Assembly: GCA_051971635.1 (NCBI GenBank)
Contig: JBFPLN010000001.1
Span: 160,001-224,000, forward strand
Direction: 5' to 3'
Source of the DNA: Candidatus Atelocyanobacterium thalassae
Lineage (GTDB): Bacteria > Cyanobacteriota > Cyanobacteriia > Cyanobacteriales > Microcystaceae
Length of the DNA: 64,000 nt
The notes beneath the pieces were generated by a model, which made no database searches, had not been told where the DNA came from, and saw only the letters and a list, made by a program, of their open reading frames with translations. Position numbers and translations under genes: made by a program. Positions 41,072 to 51,353 of the stretch are shown piece by piece. The stretch's first letter is position 1; each line of letters begins with the position of its first letter.

Positions 41072-42586
41072 CTAGTTTTTAATTGTTAAAGGTTTATCTT
41101 GTTGGTAATAATAAAGTTTATTAGTCAAGCAAATTTCTGCTTTTTGCAGTTCTGCTCCTAAGTACATAGCATGCTTTATTCCAATACCAGGACACTCTTC
41201 TGCAATTTTATTATAGATTTTTTTGGCAGATTTACCAAAGTAGCAATTTACAATTTCTCCTGATCCTGGGGTAATATGTTCAACAGATATTTGATTATTT
41301 TTAATGAAGATTAAATAGCTTCCACTAGGATCAGCATATTGCTTTTCTTGACATATTTTTTTATATTCTGCATCTACTATTTTGTCTGCATATTCCCAGC
41401 AATCATTATAAATATGAGCACTTTGACTAATAGTAATTAATGGACCAACTTTTAATTCATGGTTCGATCTATTTTGTATTTCTTTAATAATATGTACTTG
41501 TAATGCTCTTAAGCCCATCGCATTTGAAGGCCATGCAGAAAACATATCATTGCTACGAAATGTAGCTGTTAAAGATAATTCATTATCAATAGTTCTTATC
41601 CAAATATGATTTAGACAAGGAGGACTATCGTTATTATCATGATCGTGAACATCCCATAGAGACATAACAGCTCTAGAAGAATTAATATCAGAAATCAGTA
41701 AATTGATAACTTGTTCAATTTGATCTTTTTTAAACCAAGATCTTAATCTTTGTCCATATGTATACTTAATTCCTTCTCGTTGTGGAGAATCATCAAGAAT
41801 TTGAGATATGTAGTCACTGATAAACTCTTTTTTTATAGGAAGATAATTAGGCTCAGGAAAATAAAAATTTAATGGCTCATCCGTAACAACAGCTGTAATA
41901 TCAATTAATTCTTGCCATTTTCCATATTCGGTTGGCCTAATTCTTCCAGTTGTTTTAATACGATGTAATATTTTGACCCAAGTTTCTGCTACTGTATTAC
42001 CTTCTATCCGATGACAATATTTAGTTCCCGGACGTATTTTTGAATCGATTTCTGTAAAAGGAAAAGTTAGAGGTTTGTTCCAAGGCTTTTTTTTCTTTTT
42101 GTAATTAAGCTCCTTCACGTAATCAATGGCTTCAGGAATAGACTTAACTTCTCTATGAACTATAGATTCACGAAGTGATTCTAATACATTAGCAGGAATT
42201 TCTATATCTATATATCCGAGAATATCGGAATCGATAACCCATACATCTTTCCCTATGTGATCAACTCCTATCTTAAAACCTTTATTTAAGAAATCTAATA
42301 GACATTGACATCCCCCTGCATTTCGATCCTCTTTCGTTGATTGCAAGATAGTTAATGAAATCACATGAGGATTTGCCAGTAAATTTCTTATTAAGGGGCT
42401 AATACCTCTCGTTGGACTGTATAGGTTGCCAATAACTGCATACTCTTTCGATGTCAAATATTTTGCAACTGACTCTTTAACGGTCCATCCAGTAATAATA
42501 GCTGTTTGTCCATAACCACAAATTAATTGGTTAGGTTTATAATGCGGAGCATAATTAAATAAATAATTTGATGATGTTATATCCAT
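41072..42586 (-). CDS. Three-domain thymidylate synthase (MtrA-like N-domain + ThyA core + DUF4346-like C-domain)
   Basis: YTYGQRL, SSRAVMSLWD, PPCL (catalytic Cys), FRSND, WPSN, SAHIY; C-terminal DPSG..HAMYLGAELQKAE..YQQD; N-terminal GISPLIRNLLANPHV. Confidence 0.8.
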   Translation of the reverse strand: MDITSSNYLFNYAPHYKPNQLICGYGQTAIITGWTVKESVAKYLTSKEYAVIGNLYSPTRGISPLIRNLLANPHVISLTILQSTKEDRNAGGCQCLLDFLNKGFKIGVDHIGKDVWVIDSDILGYIDIEIPANVLESLRESIVHREVKSIPEAIDYVKELNYKKKKKPWNKPLTFPFTEIDSKIRPGTKYCHRIEGNTVAETWVKILHRIKTTGRIRPTEYGKWQELIDITAVVTDEPLNFYFPEPNYLPIKKEFISDYISQILDDSPQREGIKYTYGQRLRSWFKKDQIEQVINLLISDINSSRAVMSLWDVHDHDNNDSPPCLNHIWIRTIDNELSLTATFRSNDMFSAWPSNAMGLRALQVHIIKEIQNRSNHELKVGPLITISQSAHIYNDCWEYADKIVDAEYKKICQEKQYADPSGSYLIFIKNNQISVEHITPGSGEIVNCYFGKSAKKIYNKIAEECPGIGIKHAMYLGAELQKAEICLTNKLYYYQQDKPLTIKN

Positions 42587-42783
42587 AAGTAACTATCAGA
42601 GACATTTTCAATATTTTTTTATAAGATTATCCAAAAGATAATTGATTATTATAAAAAAAATCAATTTAACAGAGCACTCCCTATAATAATTTTTCAATTA
42701 ATTATGTCAGATTATTTTCTCTGATTATCTGAACAATGCTATTTTAGATTACCTCTCGAAAATATAGAAAGGTTATTTACTGT

Positions 42784-42811
42784 AGAAAAGTCAAAACTTA
42801 TTGACTTTTCT
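42784..42811 (-). terminator. Hairpin downstream of rseP
   Basis: AGAAAAGTCAA-AACTTA-TTGACTTTTCT, about 20 nt after the rseP stop. Confidence 0.6.
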
Positions 42812-42832
42812 GTTCTTATGTTTTTGCTATAG

Positions 42833-43918
42833 TTACATACCAACTTGTTTAATAAATTCTTGAACTATGTTTAAACTAACTGTGTCACGAATAATTACAA
42901 AAATTCCTAGTCCTAATAGCAAAGCAAGACCAGTTTGCATAATACTTTCTTGAAACCTAGTAGGTAAAGGTTTTCCCAGAAAACCTTCTATCAATAAGAA
43001 GACCAATTGTCCACCATCTAATGCAGGCAAAGGCAAGATATTAATAATAGCTAAATTAATGCTTATGAGTGCGCCAAATTGAAACAAATTTCCAAGATTA
43101 TTTTGAGCAATACTGGCTCCATATTCGACAATCTTAACAGGACCAGCAATTTGTTGTACATTTTGTTGAAAATGACTTATTAATTGCCAAAATCCCTGAA
43201 TTGTAAGGGTAAAAGCATTTAAATAGGTTTTACTACTGTGAACAAATATTTCTATTAAATTCTTGGCATGACTTGACTCAATATTAGGCAATAATCCCAC
43301 TCCAATTTTACCTTTTCCTTCCTCAGTTAGGTCAGGTATTACGATTAAATCTAATATTTCATCTTTTCTTTTGACAGTTAAATTTAAAGGTTTATTGATC
43401 GAGTTTTGTACTTTTTCAACGAATAATGTAGTTGCATCGGGAAATTCTTTTAACGGATGTTGATCTATAGATAAGATAATATCTCCTTCTCTTATTCCCG
43501 CAACCATAGCTGCAGAATCATTATCTATTTGAGGAACCATTAATCCTGGTTGTAAATTTTGAATACCCATTACAGTAGTCTGTCCAATGAAAAGGAAATA
43601 AGCAAAAACCAGATTTGCTATCACTCCTGCGCTAATGACTATTGCTCGATCAAGAATAGGACGATTACGAAGTAAATTAGGATCATCAACTGCTATCGTA
43701 CTTTCTGGATCGTCATCAGGAAAACCTACAAATCCACCCAGAGGTATGAGACAAAAGGTATATTCAGTTTCTTTCCCTTGATATTTTGCTAAGACAGGTC
43801 CAAAACCTATAGAAAACCGTTTAACATGAATCCCTTGTAATCTTGCAGCACAAAAATGACCTAACTCATGAACAACAATTAAAATAACTAAAACTGTGAT
43901 TGCCGCCAATATTGACAT
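42833..43918 (-). CDS. rseP: RIP metalloprotease RseP
   Basis: HELGH, FSIGFG, PDZ domain, NILPLPALDGG. Confidence 0.93.
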   Translation of the reverse strand: MSILAAITVLVILIVVHELGHFCAARLQGIHVKRFSIGFGPVLAKYQGKETEYTFCLIPLGGFVGFPDDDPESTIAVDDPNLLRNRPILDRAIVISAGVIANLVFAYFLFIGQTTVMGIQNLQPGLMVPQIDNDSAAMVAGIREGDIILSIDQHPLKEFPDATTLFVEKVQNSINKPLNLTVKRKDEILDLIVIPDLTEEGKGKIGVGLLPNIESSHAKNLIEIFVHSSKTYLNAFTLTIQGFWQLISHFQQNVQQIAGPVKIVEYGASIAQNNLGNLFQFGALISINLAIINILPLPALDGGQLVFLLIEGFLGKPLPTRFQESIMQTGLALLLGLGIFVIIRDTVSLNIVQEFIKQVGM

Positions 43919-44065
43919 AATAAATTAGTTGATTATCAGATATTTAACATCTTTATATTGTAAAACATATGGTAATGCCCTTTCATTCTCAATTAATGAC
44001 TGATAAAAAGTACTGGTATATGATATTTACTAGTTAAAATTTAAAACAATAATTTCGATATTTTT

Positions 44066-45508
44066 ATGACATTTAATCAAAATCCGATAAAGTTTGGAAC
44101 AGATGGATGGCGTGGTGTTATCGCAGCAGATTTTACCTTTGAAAGAGTTGCTATTCTTGCTCCTATATCTGCTCAAGTTTTGTTAAATAATTATGGGACA
44201 ATATCTAATAACCATACTATTATCATAGGTTATGATCGACGTTTTTTAGCTGAAGAATTTGCCAAGGCTGCTGCTGATTCTTTAGTTGAGTCTGGTTTTA
44301 ATGTTGCCTTCTCTCAGTCTTATGCTCCAACTCCTGCTTTCAGCTGGGAAGTTAAGGCACAAAATGCTTTAGGAGCTATTATATTAACTGCCAGTCATAA
44401 TCCTGGAAAATATCTAGGAATAAAAGTTAAAGGAGCTTTTGGTGGTTCAGTTTCCTCTCAAATTACTCAGCAAATTGAAGATTTATTACACAATACCCCC
44501 AAATTTTCTGAAAAGCCAGGTACGTTAAACTTTTTTGATCCTTGGAAGGGTTATTCCCAAGAATTAAAAAATAAAGTCAATATTGAAAAAATTCAAAAAG
44601 CAATCAACGCAAAAAAACTAACTATCTTTGCTGATGTTATGCATGGGGCTGCAGCGACTGGCTTAGAAAGATTATTAGAATGTCCTATACAAGAGATTAA
44701 CAGCCATCGAGATCCTCTTTTCGGAGGTCATGCCCCAGAGCCTTTACCTTGCAATATTACAAAATTATCAACTACGATTAAAAAATTTAATTCTAATAAG
44801 AACTGTGGTTTAAGTATAGGATTGGTCTTTGACGGGGATGCTGATCGAATTGCAGCGGTTGATAGACAAGGAAATTTTCTTAGCTCTCAAATTTTACTTC
44901 CTATTCTTATAGATCATCTAGTAATACATAAAAAACTAAAAGGTGAAATTATTAAAACTGTTAGCAGTTCGGACTTAATTTCTCGCTTAGCAAATTTATA
45001 TAATTTGCCGGTTCATGAAACCCCCATAGGTTATAAATATATAGCCGATAGAATGCTAGACAATAATGTTTTGATAGGGGGAGAAGAATCTGGAGGAATT
45101 GGTTACGGAATACATATACCTGAAAGAGATGCATTATTATCAGCACTATATCTTTTAGAAGCAATAGTTGAGAGTGGTGATGATTTAGGAGAGTATTATC
45201 TGAAATTACAAGAAAAGGTAAAATTCTTTAATGCTTATAATCGTATTGATTTACCGTTATCAAGTTTTGATATACGTTTAAAATTAATCAAGTATTTAGA
45301 AACACAATCTTTTGATAAAATTGCAAATGAAATTGTCCTTAAGTGCGACAAAAAAGACGGTTATAAATATTATCTAAAAGATAAAAGCTGGTTGCTCATA
45401 CGTTTTTCTGGAACAGAACCGATTTTAAGATTATATTGCGAATCTTCAACCTTGGAAAAGGTTGATAGAATTCTAGAATGGATTAAAAAATGGGTTGACT
45501 TGGTTTAA
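44066..45508 (+). CDS. Phosphoglucomutase/phosphomannomutase
   Basis: FGTDGWRG, TASHNP, FDGDADR, GEESGG, RFSGTEP. Confidence 0.93.
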   Translation: MTFNQNPIKFGTDGWRGVIAADFTFERVAILAPISAQVLLNNYGTISNNHTIIIGYDRRFLAEEFAKAAADSLVESGFNVAFSQSYAPTPAFSWEVKAQNALGAIILTASHNPGKYLGIKVKGAFGGSVSSQITQQIEDLLHNTPKFSEKPGTLNFFDPWKGYSQELKNKVNIEKIQKAINAKKLTIFADVMHGAAATGLERLLECPIQEINSHRDPLFGGHAPEPLPCNITKLSTTIKKFNSNKNCGLSIGLVFDGDADRIAAVDRQGNFLSSQILLPILIDHLVIHKKLKGEIIKTVSSSDLISRLANLYNLPVHETPIGYKYIADRMLDNNVLIGGEESGGIGYGIHIPERDALLSALYLLEAIVESGDDLGEYYLKLQEKVKFFNAYNRIDLPLSSFDIRLKLIKYLETQSFDKIANEIVLKCDKKDGYKYYLKDKSWLLIRFSGTEPILRLYCESSTLEKVDRILEWIKKWVDLV

Positions 45509-45583
45509 AAGAACATGATTTATTAGCATAAAGATATTCTATGTGTTCTTAATACGGAAATAACATCAAAAATAATTAAAATA

Positions 45584-45781
45584 ATGCAATCATATCAAAC
45601 AATAAAACTAGCACAGTTTCTTAAATGGAAAAAATTAGTAAGTAGTGGAGGAGAAGCGAAAATTAAGATACAAGGAAAAGAAGTATTACTTAATGGCAAC
45701 GTTGAAACTCAAAGAGGTAAGAAATTAGTAACAGGGGATATAGTAACTTTTAATGGAATAGAATATGAAGTCTTACTTTAA
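45584..45781 (+). CDS. S4-domain RNA-binding protein (YaaA/YbcJ-like)
   Basis: IKLAQFLK..SSGGEAK..ETQRGKKL..GD. Confidence 0.88.
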   Translation: MQSYQTIKLAQFLKWKKLVSSGGEAKIKIQGKEVLLNGNVETQRGKKLVTGDIVTFNGIEYEVLL

Positions 45782-45818
45782 TAAATCTGTTACATAAATA
45801 ATAAAAATAATATGTCTG

Positions 45819-46952
45819 CTAATTATTAGACTTCATTGATAAATCTTCAAGAATTTTATCTTTAATAATTAACGCTGTTGCCGGAGCTAGTAAAACACCA
45901 TTACGATAGTGACCAGTTGCCAATAATATATTAGGATAATGAGGAATTTTTCGTATTATAGGAGCTATTTCTCCATCAGGACGAGGACGTTTGCCAGACC
46001 AAGTTTTGGTAATATTTCCATTTTTAAGATCTGGACATATGGAGAATACTTGTCTCTTAATTTGTTCTAAAAATTTTGAGTGGGCTAACATTTCTCCATG
46101 TTTATGAGGAAATTCTACTGTTGAACCAGCCCAATATCTTTTTGGATTAATTGGAATAATATTAACATCTTTCCCAGTAATTATAGGGAGAAAATTGGGA
46201 TCTCCTAAAGAAGTGTCTAGATCAATTTGTATTCCTTGTCCAATGACAGGCTTAATTTTTACTATAGTTTCTAATTTATTAACTAGTTTGTTTGAACCTA
46301 AACCAGCACTTATAATTATGTAATCCGCTGTTAATACTTGTTTTAATGTTTTAGAATAACAGGTTAAACTATGACTTAAATTATGGTTTGATGGTGAAGA
46401 TATTTTTTGAACTTTAGTATTAAATAAGCAATTCACCCCATTCAAAGATGCTCCCAAAACTAAAGCTTCCGTTATTTCGACTGGGTTTATCTGAAAATCT
46501 TGTGGGGAATAAATAGCTCCAGTTACTTTATCATCTTTAATATGTGGGCACTTTTTAAAAAGAGTATCTTTACTCCATGTTTCTAATAAATAGCCAGAAA
46601 AATTACGAATTTTAACTAAATCTTTCCACTTTTCTAAATAGTTATCTAGATAATGAAGTGACAAGATTCCTTGGTAATTAACTGATATTGGTTTCTGAGT
46701 TAATCTTTCAAGTTCAGGAATTAATGTTTTATAACGCTTTAAACTTATTTTACATAACTCCCATCTTCTGCCTCTAGTTTTATGACTTGCAACTCCCATC
46801 AAAACTCCTAATGCTCCTTTTGTGGAAGAAGATGCAGGCGATTTCTCATCAACTAGAATAACTTCTATGCCGTTTAATAAACTAAGCTCATAAGCTATTG
46901 CTGATCCTATAATCCCAGCTCCAATAACAACGATACGGGGTATTTTATTCAA
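45819..46952 (-). CDS. FAD-dependent oxidoreductase (glycine oxidase/DAO family)
   Basis: VIGAGIIG, WSGKRPRP, ATGHYRNGVLLAP. Confidence 0.85.
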   Translation of the reverse strand: MNKIPRIVVIGAGIIGSAIAYELSLLNGIEVILVDEKSPASSSTKGALGVLMGVASHKTRGRRWELCKISLKRYKTLIPELERLTQKPISVNYQGILSLHYLDNYLEKWKDLVKIRNFSGYLLETWSKDTLFKKCPHIKDDKVTGAIYSPQDFQINPVEITEALVLGASLNGVNCLFNTKVQKISSPSNHNLSHSLTCYSKTLKQVLTADYIIISAGLGSNKLVNKLETIVKIKPVIGQGIQIDLDTSLGDPNFLPIITGKDVNIIPINPKRYWAGSTVEFPHKHGEMLAHSKFLEQIKRQVFSICPDLKNGNITKTWSGKRPRPDGEIAPIIRKIPHYPNILLATGHYRNGVLLAPATALIIKDKILEDLSMKSNN

Positions 46953-47048
46953 TCAATTCTTAAATATAGTTATATTCAACAGTAGTCAAAAATTAGAATT
47001 TGACTTCTATATCGCCTTATATCATCTAATCAACTAATTACTTTAAAG

Positions 47049-47591
47049 TCAATTCCTTTGTGTTTTTTGTCCCAAAACACTTAAATTCATAACATGCCCT
47101 CCTATTATTAAATAAGTTGTGTCGACTATGCTTCCTAGCTTAGAAACAATATGTCCAAGTCGATCACGAAATAATCTACCAAGTGGATATGCCGGAACAA
47201 CTCCCCATCCTGTTTCCTCAGCAACAAAAATTAAGCTTACAGATGTTTTTTCAATACATGCTAGAAATTCTATAACAATTTGGTCCCAATCCTTATCATT
47301 TTCATCTAATTTATTTGCTACCCAGGTTCCTAGGGAGTCAATCAACAAGCAAGAAGAAGGTACTGCTGTGTCAATGGTTTTTATAAGATCATAAGGTACA
47401 GCCAAAGTTTTCCAATTACTAGGTCTACGATCACGATGCTTTTTTATACGAGTTTGCCACTGAAAATCAGCAGGATTTTCAATGGCTGTTGCTACATAAA
47501 TAACTTGATCATATAACCTATTAGCTAGATTCTCGGCATATTCACTTTTACCTGAGCAAGTTGGTCCTATGATTAAAGTATGTTTCGGCAT
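47049..47591 (-). CDS. cobU: Adenosylcobinamide kinase / cobinamide-phosphate guanylyltransferase
   Basis: GPTCSGKSEYAE, RIKKHRDRRP, LIDSLGTW, EETGWGVVP..GRLFRD. Confidence 0.92.
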   Translation of the reverse strand: MPKHTLIIGPTCSGKSEYAENLANRLYDQVIYVATAIENPADFQWQTRIKKHRDRRPSNWKTLAVPYDLIKTIDTAVPSSCLLIDSLGTWVANKLDENDKDWDQIVIEFLACIEKTSVSLIFVAEETGWGVVPAYPLGRLFRDRLGHIVSKLGSIVDTTYLIIGGHVMNLSVLGQKTQRN

Positions 47592-47889
47592 TTTGTTGAG
47601 TCTTTATTTAATAAATTATTAATAAAATGAACTATTTGAAATTTTTCTAACAAACAGTTAGAGTTCTGTCATTATATTTATTTTATGAGATATAAATATA
47701 GAATGAATAAAAAATTATTTAAGATATACTGACAAGATAGAAGTAAGCCAATAATCTTACAGAAAAATGCTTGTATAAATAGTTAGCCACTATGATAAAA
47801 GCTTTAAATATAAAACTATTCTTAAAGTTAATAAATAATTTTTATTGAAATATATAATCCTTAAAATATTCTATTAACTACTTAACTTT

Positions 47890-49683
47890 TTATAAAGTGT
47901 TCTGATTTTGCTTTAGGCTTATCATATAAGCTAGCCTAAGATTGAAAAAAGCATTAACTACAAGAAATAGGCTTGATATATCAGTAAAATATATACCCCA
48001 AACCTTTGAATAAATAGCTGCATGAACTAATAAGAAGCCTGTTATTCCAATATTCATGCCAATTATAAAGTGTTTCCATCCATAAAATTGAATAAGTATA
48101 ATAGATAAAAAATAAGATAGAAGAAAACTGACGATAAAAGGATTAAGCGTAGTAGTCCCTCTTATAGAGTTTTCTAATTCAAAAAATGAACTTCCAAGAA
48201 TACGGAATGGCAACTGAGGTAGATCAAATATATAAAATTCTTTTAAGAAAAAGAGTCCTGAACTTCCTAATACGATACCTAAGTTAAAAGAAAATGAATA
48301 AATAAAAGAATAAGTACGAAACAATAATAAAACAAACAAGTAAGAAAGGCTTAACATATAGATTTTAGGTAAATAGTTGACAGCTTGACTATCTATCCAA
48401 AAATTAAAGTTAAGATTGTAAAAATTCTTAAACCAACGAAAGGAATGTTTTGAAATAATTTCTTTGTTGAAAGCTATTTGAATAGCTTTTTCTGCATCTA
48501 ATTGTCCTGCTCCAAAATAGTTAAATGGATCTCGATTCACTTTACGTGAAGATTGAAGCAATATTTTAAAAACATCGTTAGCTTTTTGATAATTAGCAGC
48601 TTTTACTAAAGCTGCTACTCCAGTGACGTGAGCAGCAGCTACACTAGTTCCTTCTAATTTTTGAAAATTTATATTTTTAGTATTCTGATTAACTTCTTGT
48701 TGAACACTTATATTGTTATTACTGCTTCCTGGAGCAGAGATATCAACTTTTGCACCAAAGTTTGAATAGGATGCTTTATTACCTGTTTTGTCTAAGGCTG
48801 AAACACTTATAACTTTTTGATATCGGGCGGGATAAGATGCTGTATTATTATTATCGTTTCCTGCTGCAGCAATAATAATAACACTTTTGTTATAGGCATA
48901 ATTTATAGCATTTTCTAATATCTGGCTTTTATTTTCTCCTCCTAAACTCATATTAATAATATCAGCACCATTATCAGTAGCATATCGTATTGCGTCAGCA
49001 ATATCTGAAGTCAAACCTTCTCCTGCTTTAGAGAGAACCTTTAAAGGCATTATTCTTAATTTATTAAATACTTTTTTATCATTAACAGTTTGCTTTATTA
49101 TTTTAGCTATATGTGTACCATGTCCGTTATTATCAGAGGCATAGTTCCTATCGTTTACAAAATCATAACCTGAAGTAAACTTAATTCTTTTAAGTTCAGA
49201 TACTCTATTAACCCCTGTATCTATAATCGCAATAGTTATTTTTTTATCTGATATTTCATCAATATTTCTATCTAAATGTATATTAGATAAATTCCATTTT
49301 TCATGAGTAAGAGGAAGTTGAAAAGGATTACTGTATTTTGTTAAAGCTTTATAAATATAATTGGGTTCTATATAGTCTACATATTGATTTAGAGAAGATT
49401 TTTTCAGTCTTTTTAATAACGTTTCATCTCCCCGTATTGTATAAATATTTTCATCAATAGAGTAGACACTATTAAGGCTTATAGTGGTTTTATAATCATG
49501 AGAAATCTTTTTTATTTGTTTACTTAAAACTGTGGTAGGTACATCTTCGCGAAAATTAATGATAATCGAACTATACTCCTTTTTATTTACAAGTCCATGA
49601 GTATTTATCAAAAAGATTGATAAACTTATCATGAATGAAATTAAGAATAATAATTTTCTTTTTACTTTCTTTTTTATTGACAT
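47890..49683 (-). CDS. S8 subtilisin-family protease with C-terminal membrane domain (divergent)
   Basis: IIDTG, HGTH, AAAGN and GTS triad motifs; hydrophobic C-terminus. Confidence 0.85.
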   Translation of the reverse strand: MSIKKKVKRKLLFLISFMISLSIFLINTHGLVNKKEYSSIIINFREDVPTTVLSKQIKKISHDYKTTISLNSVYSIDENIYTIRGDETLLKRLKKSSLNQYVDYIEPNYIYKALTKYSNPFQLPLTHEKWNLSNIHLDRNIDEISDKKITIAIIDTGVNRVSELKRIKFTSGYDFVNDRNYASDNNGHGTHIAKIIKQTVNDKKVFNKLRIMPLKVLSKAGEGLTSDIADAIRYATDNGADIINMSLGGENKSQILENAINYAYNKSVIIIAAAGNDNNNTASYPARYQKVISVSALDKTGNKASYSNFGAKVDISAPGSSNNNISVQQEVNQNTKNINFQKLEGTSVAAAHVTGVAALVKAANYQKANDVFKILLQSSRKVNRDPFNYFGAGQLDAEKAIQIAFNKEIISKHSFRWFKNFYNLNFNFWIDSQAVNYLPKIYMLSLSYLFVLLLFRTYSFIYSFSFNLGIVLGSSGLFFLKEFYIFDLPQLPFRILGSSFFELENSIRGTTTLNPFIVSFLLSYFLSIILIQFYGWKHFIIGMNIGITGFLLVHAAIYSKVWGIYFTDISSLFLVVNAFFNLRLAYMISLKQNQNTL

Positions 49684-50028
49684 TATTTAGTGATTTATAA
49701 GTTGAAAAATAAATTGAATATGCATTCTTTATTTTTTTAGGCAACGCTATCATTGAGTTTACCAAAATAATATTAAGGTATAATCACTGACGATGTACAA
49801 CAAAATTAAAGAATTTAAAGCTTATTAAATTAATGTTTTAAGATTACTACCTTGAACAATATTAGTTGCTGAGAAGATAAATAAATAGTATCTAATTTCA
49901 GATATCTATTGAGCTCATTTATCTAAAAACTATATTGATTATAAAATAATAAACATTCCAGAAACATTTATATAACTTACTAAAAAATAATATAAGATTA
50001 TAGAAAATTTATCTTGGTAAAATTACTG

Positions 50029-50586
50029 ATGAATAATGATTTACTTCAAGGAATTAATATTTTTTTGGTTGGGATGATGGGAAGTGGTAAAACAACTGTA
50101 GGAAAAGAATTAGCACAACATCTTAAATATCGTTTTTTTGATACAGATACCTTAATTGAACAGATAAAAAAGAAGACTATTAACGATATTTTTCTTGAAG
50201 AAGGAGAAGAAGCATTTCGTATTCTTGAAAGTAAGGTCCTATCAGAATTAGCATCATGTACAAAGAGTGTTATAGCCACAGGAGGAGGAATTGTATTAGA
50301 GAAAAAAAATTGGAGTTATCTACACCATGGTTTAATTATTTGGCTAGATACTTCAGTTCCTCTTCTTACAAAAAGACTTAATAATGTTACTTCTCGTCCT
50401 TTATTAAAACAAAACCAGTTAAGTACAGAGCTAGATATATTATTAAAACAGCGTCATGCATTATATGAACAAGGAGATTTGAAAGTTACTGTTGATGAAA
50501 ATGATAGTTCTGATGATACTGTAAATAAAATTTTAAAATCAATTCCTACTGTCATAAAAAATAATCCATCAGAAGTTTCCAGCTAA
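50029..50586 (+). CDS. aroK: Shikimate kinase
   Basis: GMMGSGKTT, GEEAFR, ATGGG, RPLL; likely ATG at 50029. Confidence 0.93.
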   Translation: MNNDLLQGINIFLVGMMGSGKTTVGKELAQHLKYRFFDTDTLIEQIKKKTINDIFLEEGEEAFRILESKVLSELASCTKSVIATGGGIVLEKKNWSYLHHGLIIWLDTSVPLLTKRLNNVTSRPLLKQNQLSTELDILLKQRHALYEQGDLKVTVDENDSSDDTVNKILKSIPTVIKNNPSEVSS

Positions 50587-50648
50587 TAAGATATAAAAGG
50601 TTATTAAGTTTTCACAATAAAATTTATAATCAATACTAAAACAAAGGA

Positions 50649-51353
50649 TTACCTTCTTGAATTATGAATTTCTTTCCCCTTGTCAGTTGCTAGAGAAGGA
50701 TAACCAGCTTCAATAAGTGCTTGATCACGTATTCGGCAAGAATCACATAATCCACATGGTTCATGACCACCTTTGTAACAGGACCATGTTTTTTCAATAG
50801 GGATTCCTAATCTAACAGCTTCTTTAATAATATCAACTTTATTCTTTTTGATTAGAGGAGCAACTAACTGTGGTGTATTTCCTTCAATTCCAGCTTTTGA
50901 TGAAAGCCCCGCAAGATCCTGATAGGTTTTAAGATATTCAGAACGACAATCAGGATAACCCGAATAATCAATCATATTTATACCTAAATAAATAGCCTTT
51001 GCACCTTTAGCTTCAGCTAATGAAAGAGCAATCGCTATAAAAACTGTGTTTCTACCAGGAACATAAGTAGAAGGTATCTGATCAGGATTAATTCCATCTA
51101 AAGGCACAGATAAAGATTGGTCAGTTAATGAAGATCCTCCCCATTGAGAAATATCAACATTAATTATGTAGTGTGAATCTATTCCTAAATCTTTAGCAAT
51201 TATCTTAGCTGATTCCAGCTCTTTATGATGAAGTTGTCCATAACTTAAAGAGAGAGCAATAAGCTTATAACCTCGAGAAGCAGCGATCGCTGCTGAAGTA
51301 GCCGAATCAAGACCTCCTGAAAGTAAAACAACTGCTAAAGGCTTATCGCACAT
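50649..51353 (-). CDS. queC: 7-cyano-7-deazaguanine synthase
   Basis: [31 protein letters not shown]. Confidence 0.95.
   Translation of the reverse strand: MCDKPLAVVLLSGGLDSATSAAIAASRGYKLIALSLSYGQLHHKELESAKIIAKDLGIDSHYIINVDISQWGGSSLTDQSLSVPLDGINPDQIPSTYVPGRNTVFIAIALSLAEAKGAKAIYLGINMIDYSGYPDCRSEYLKTYQDLAGLSSKAGIEGNTPQLVAPLIKKNKVDIIKEAVRLGIPIEKTWSCYKGGHEPCGLCDSCRIRDQALIEAGYPSLATDKGKEIHNSRR

Noticed and set aside
50649..51353. queC as part of a 7-deazaguanine DNA-modification or defence system
   Set aside because: Canonical standalone QueC; no dpdA, TatD or other defence partners nearby
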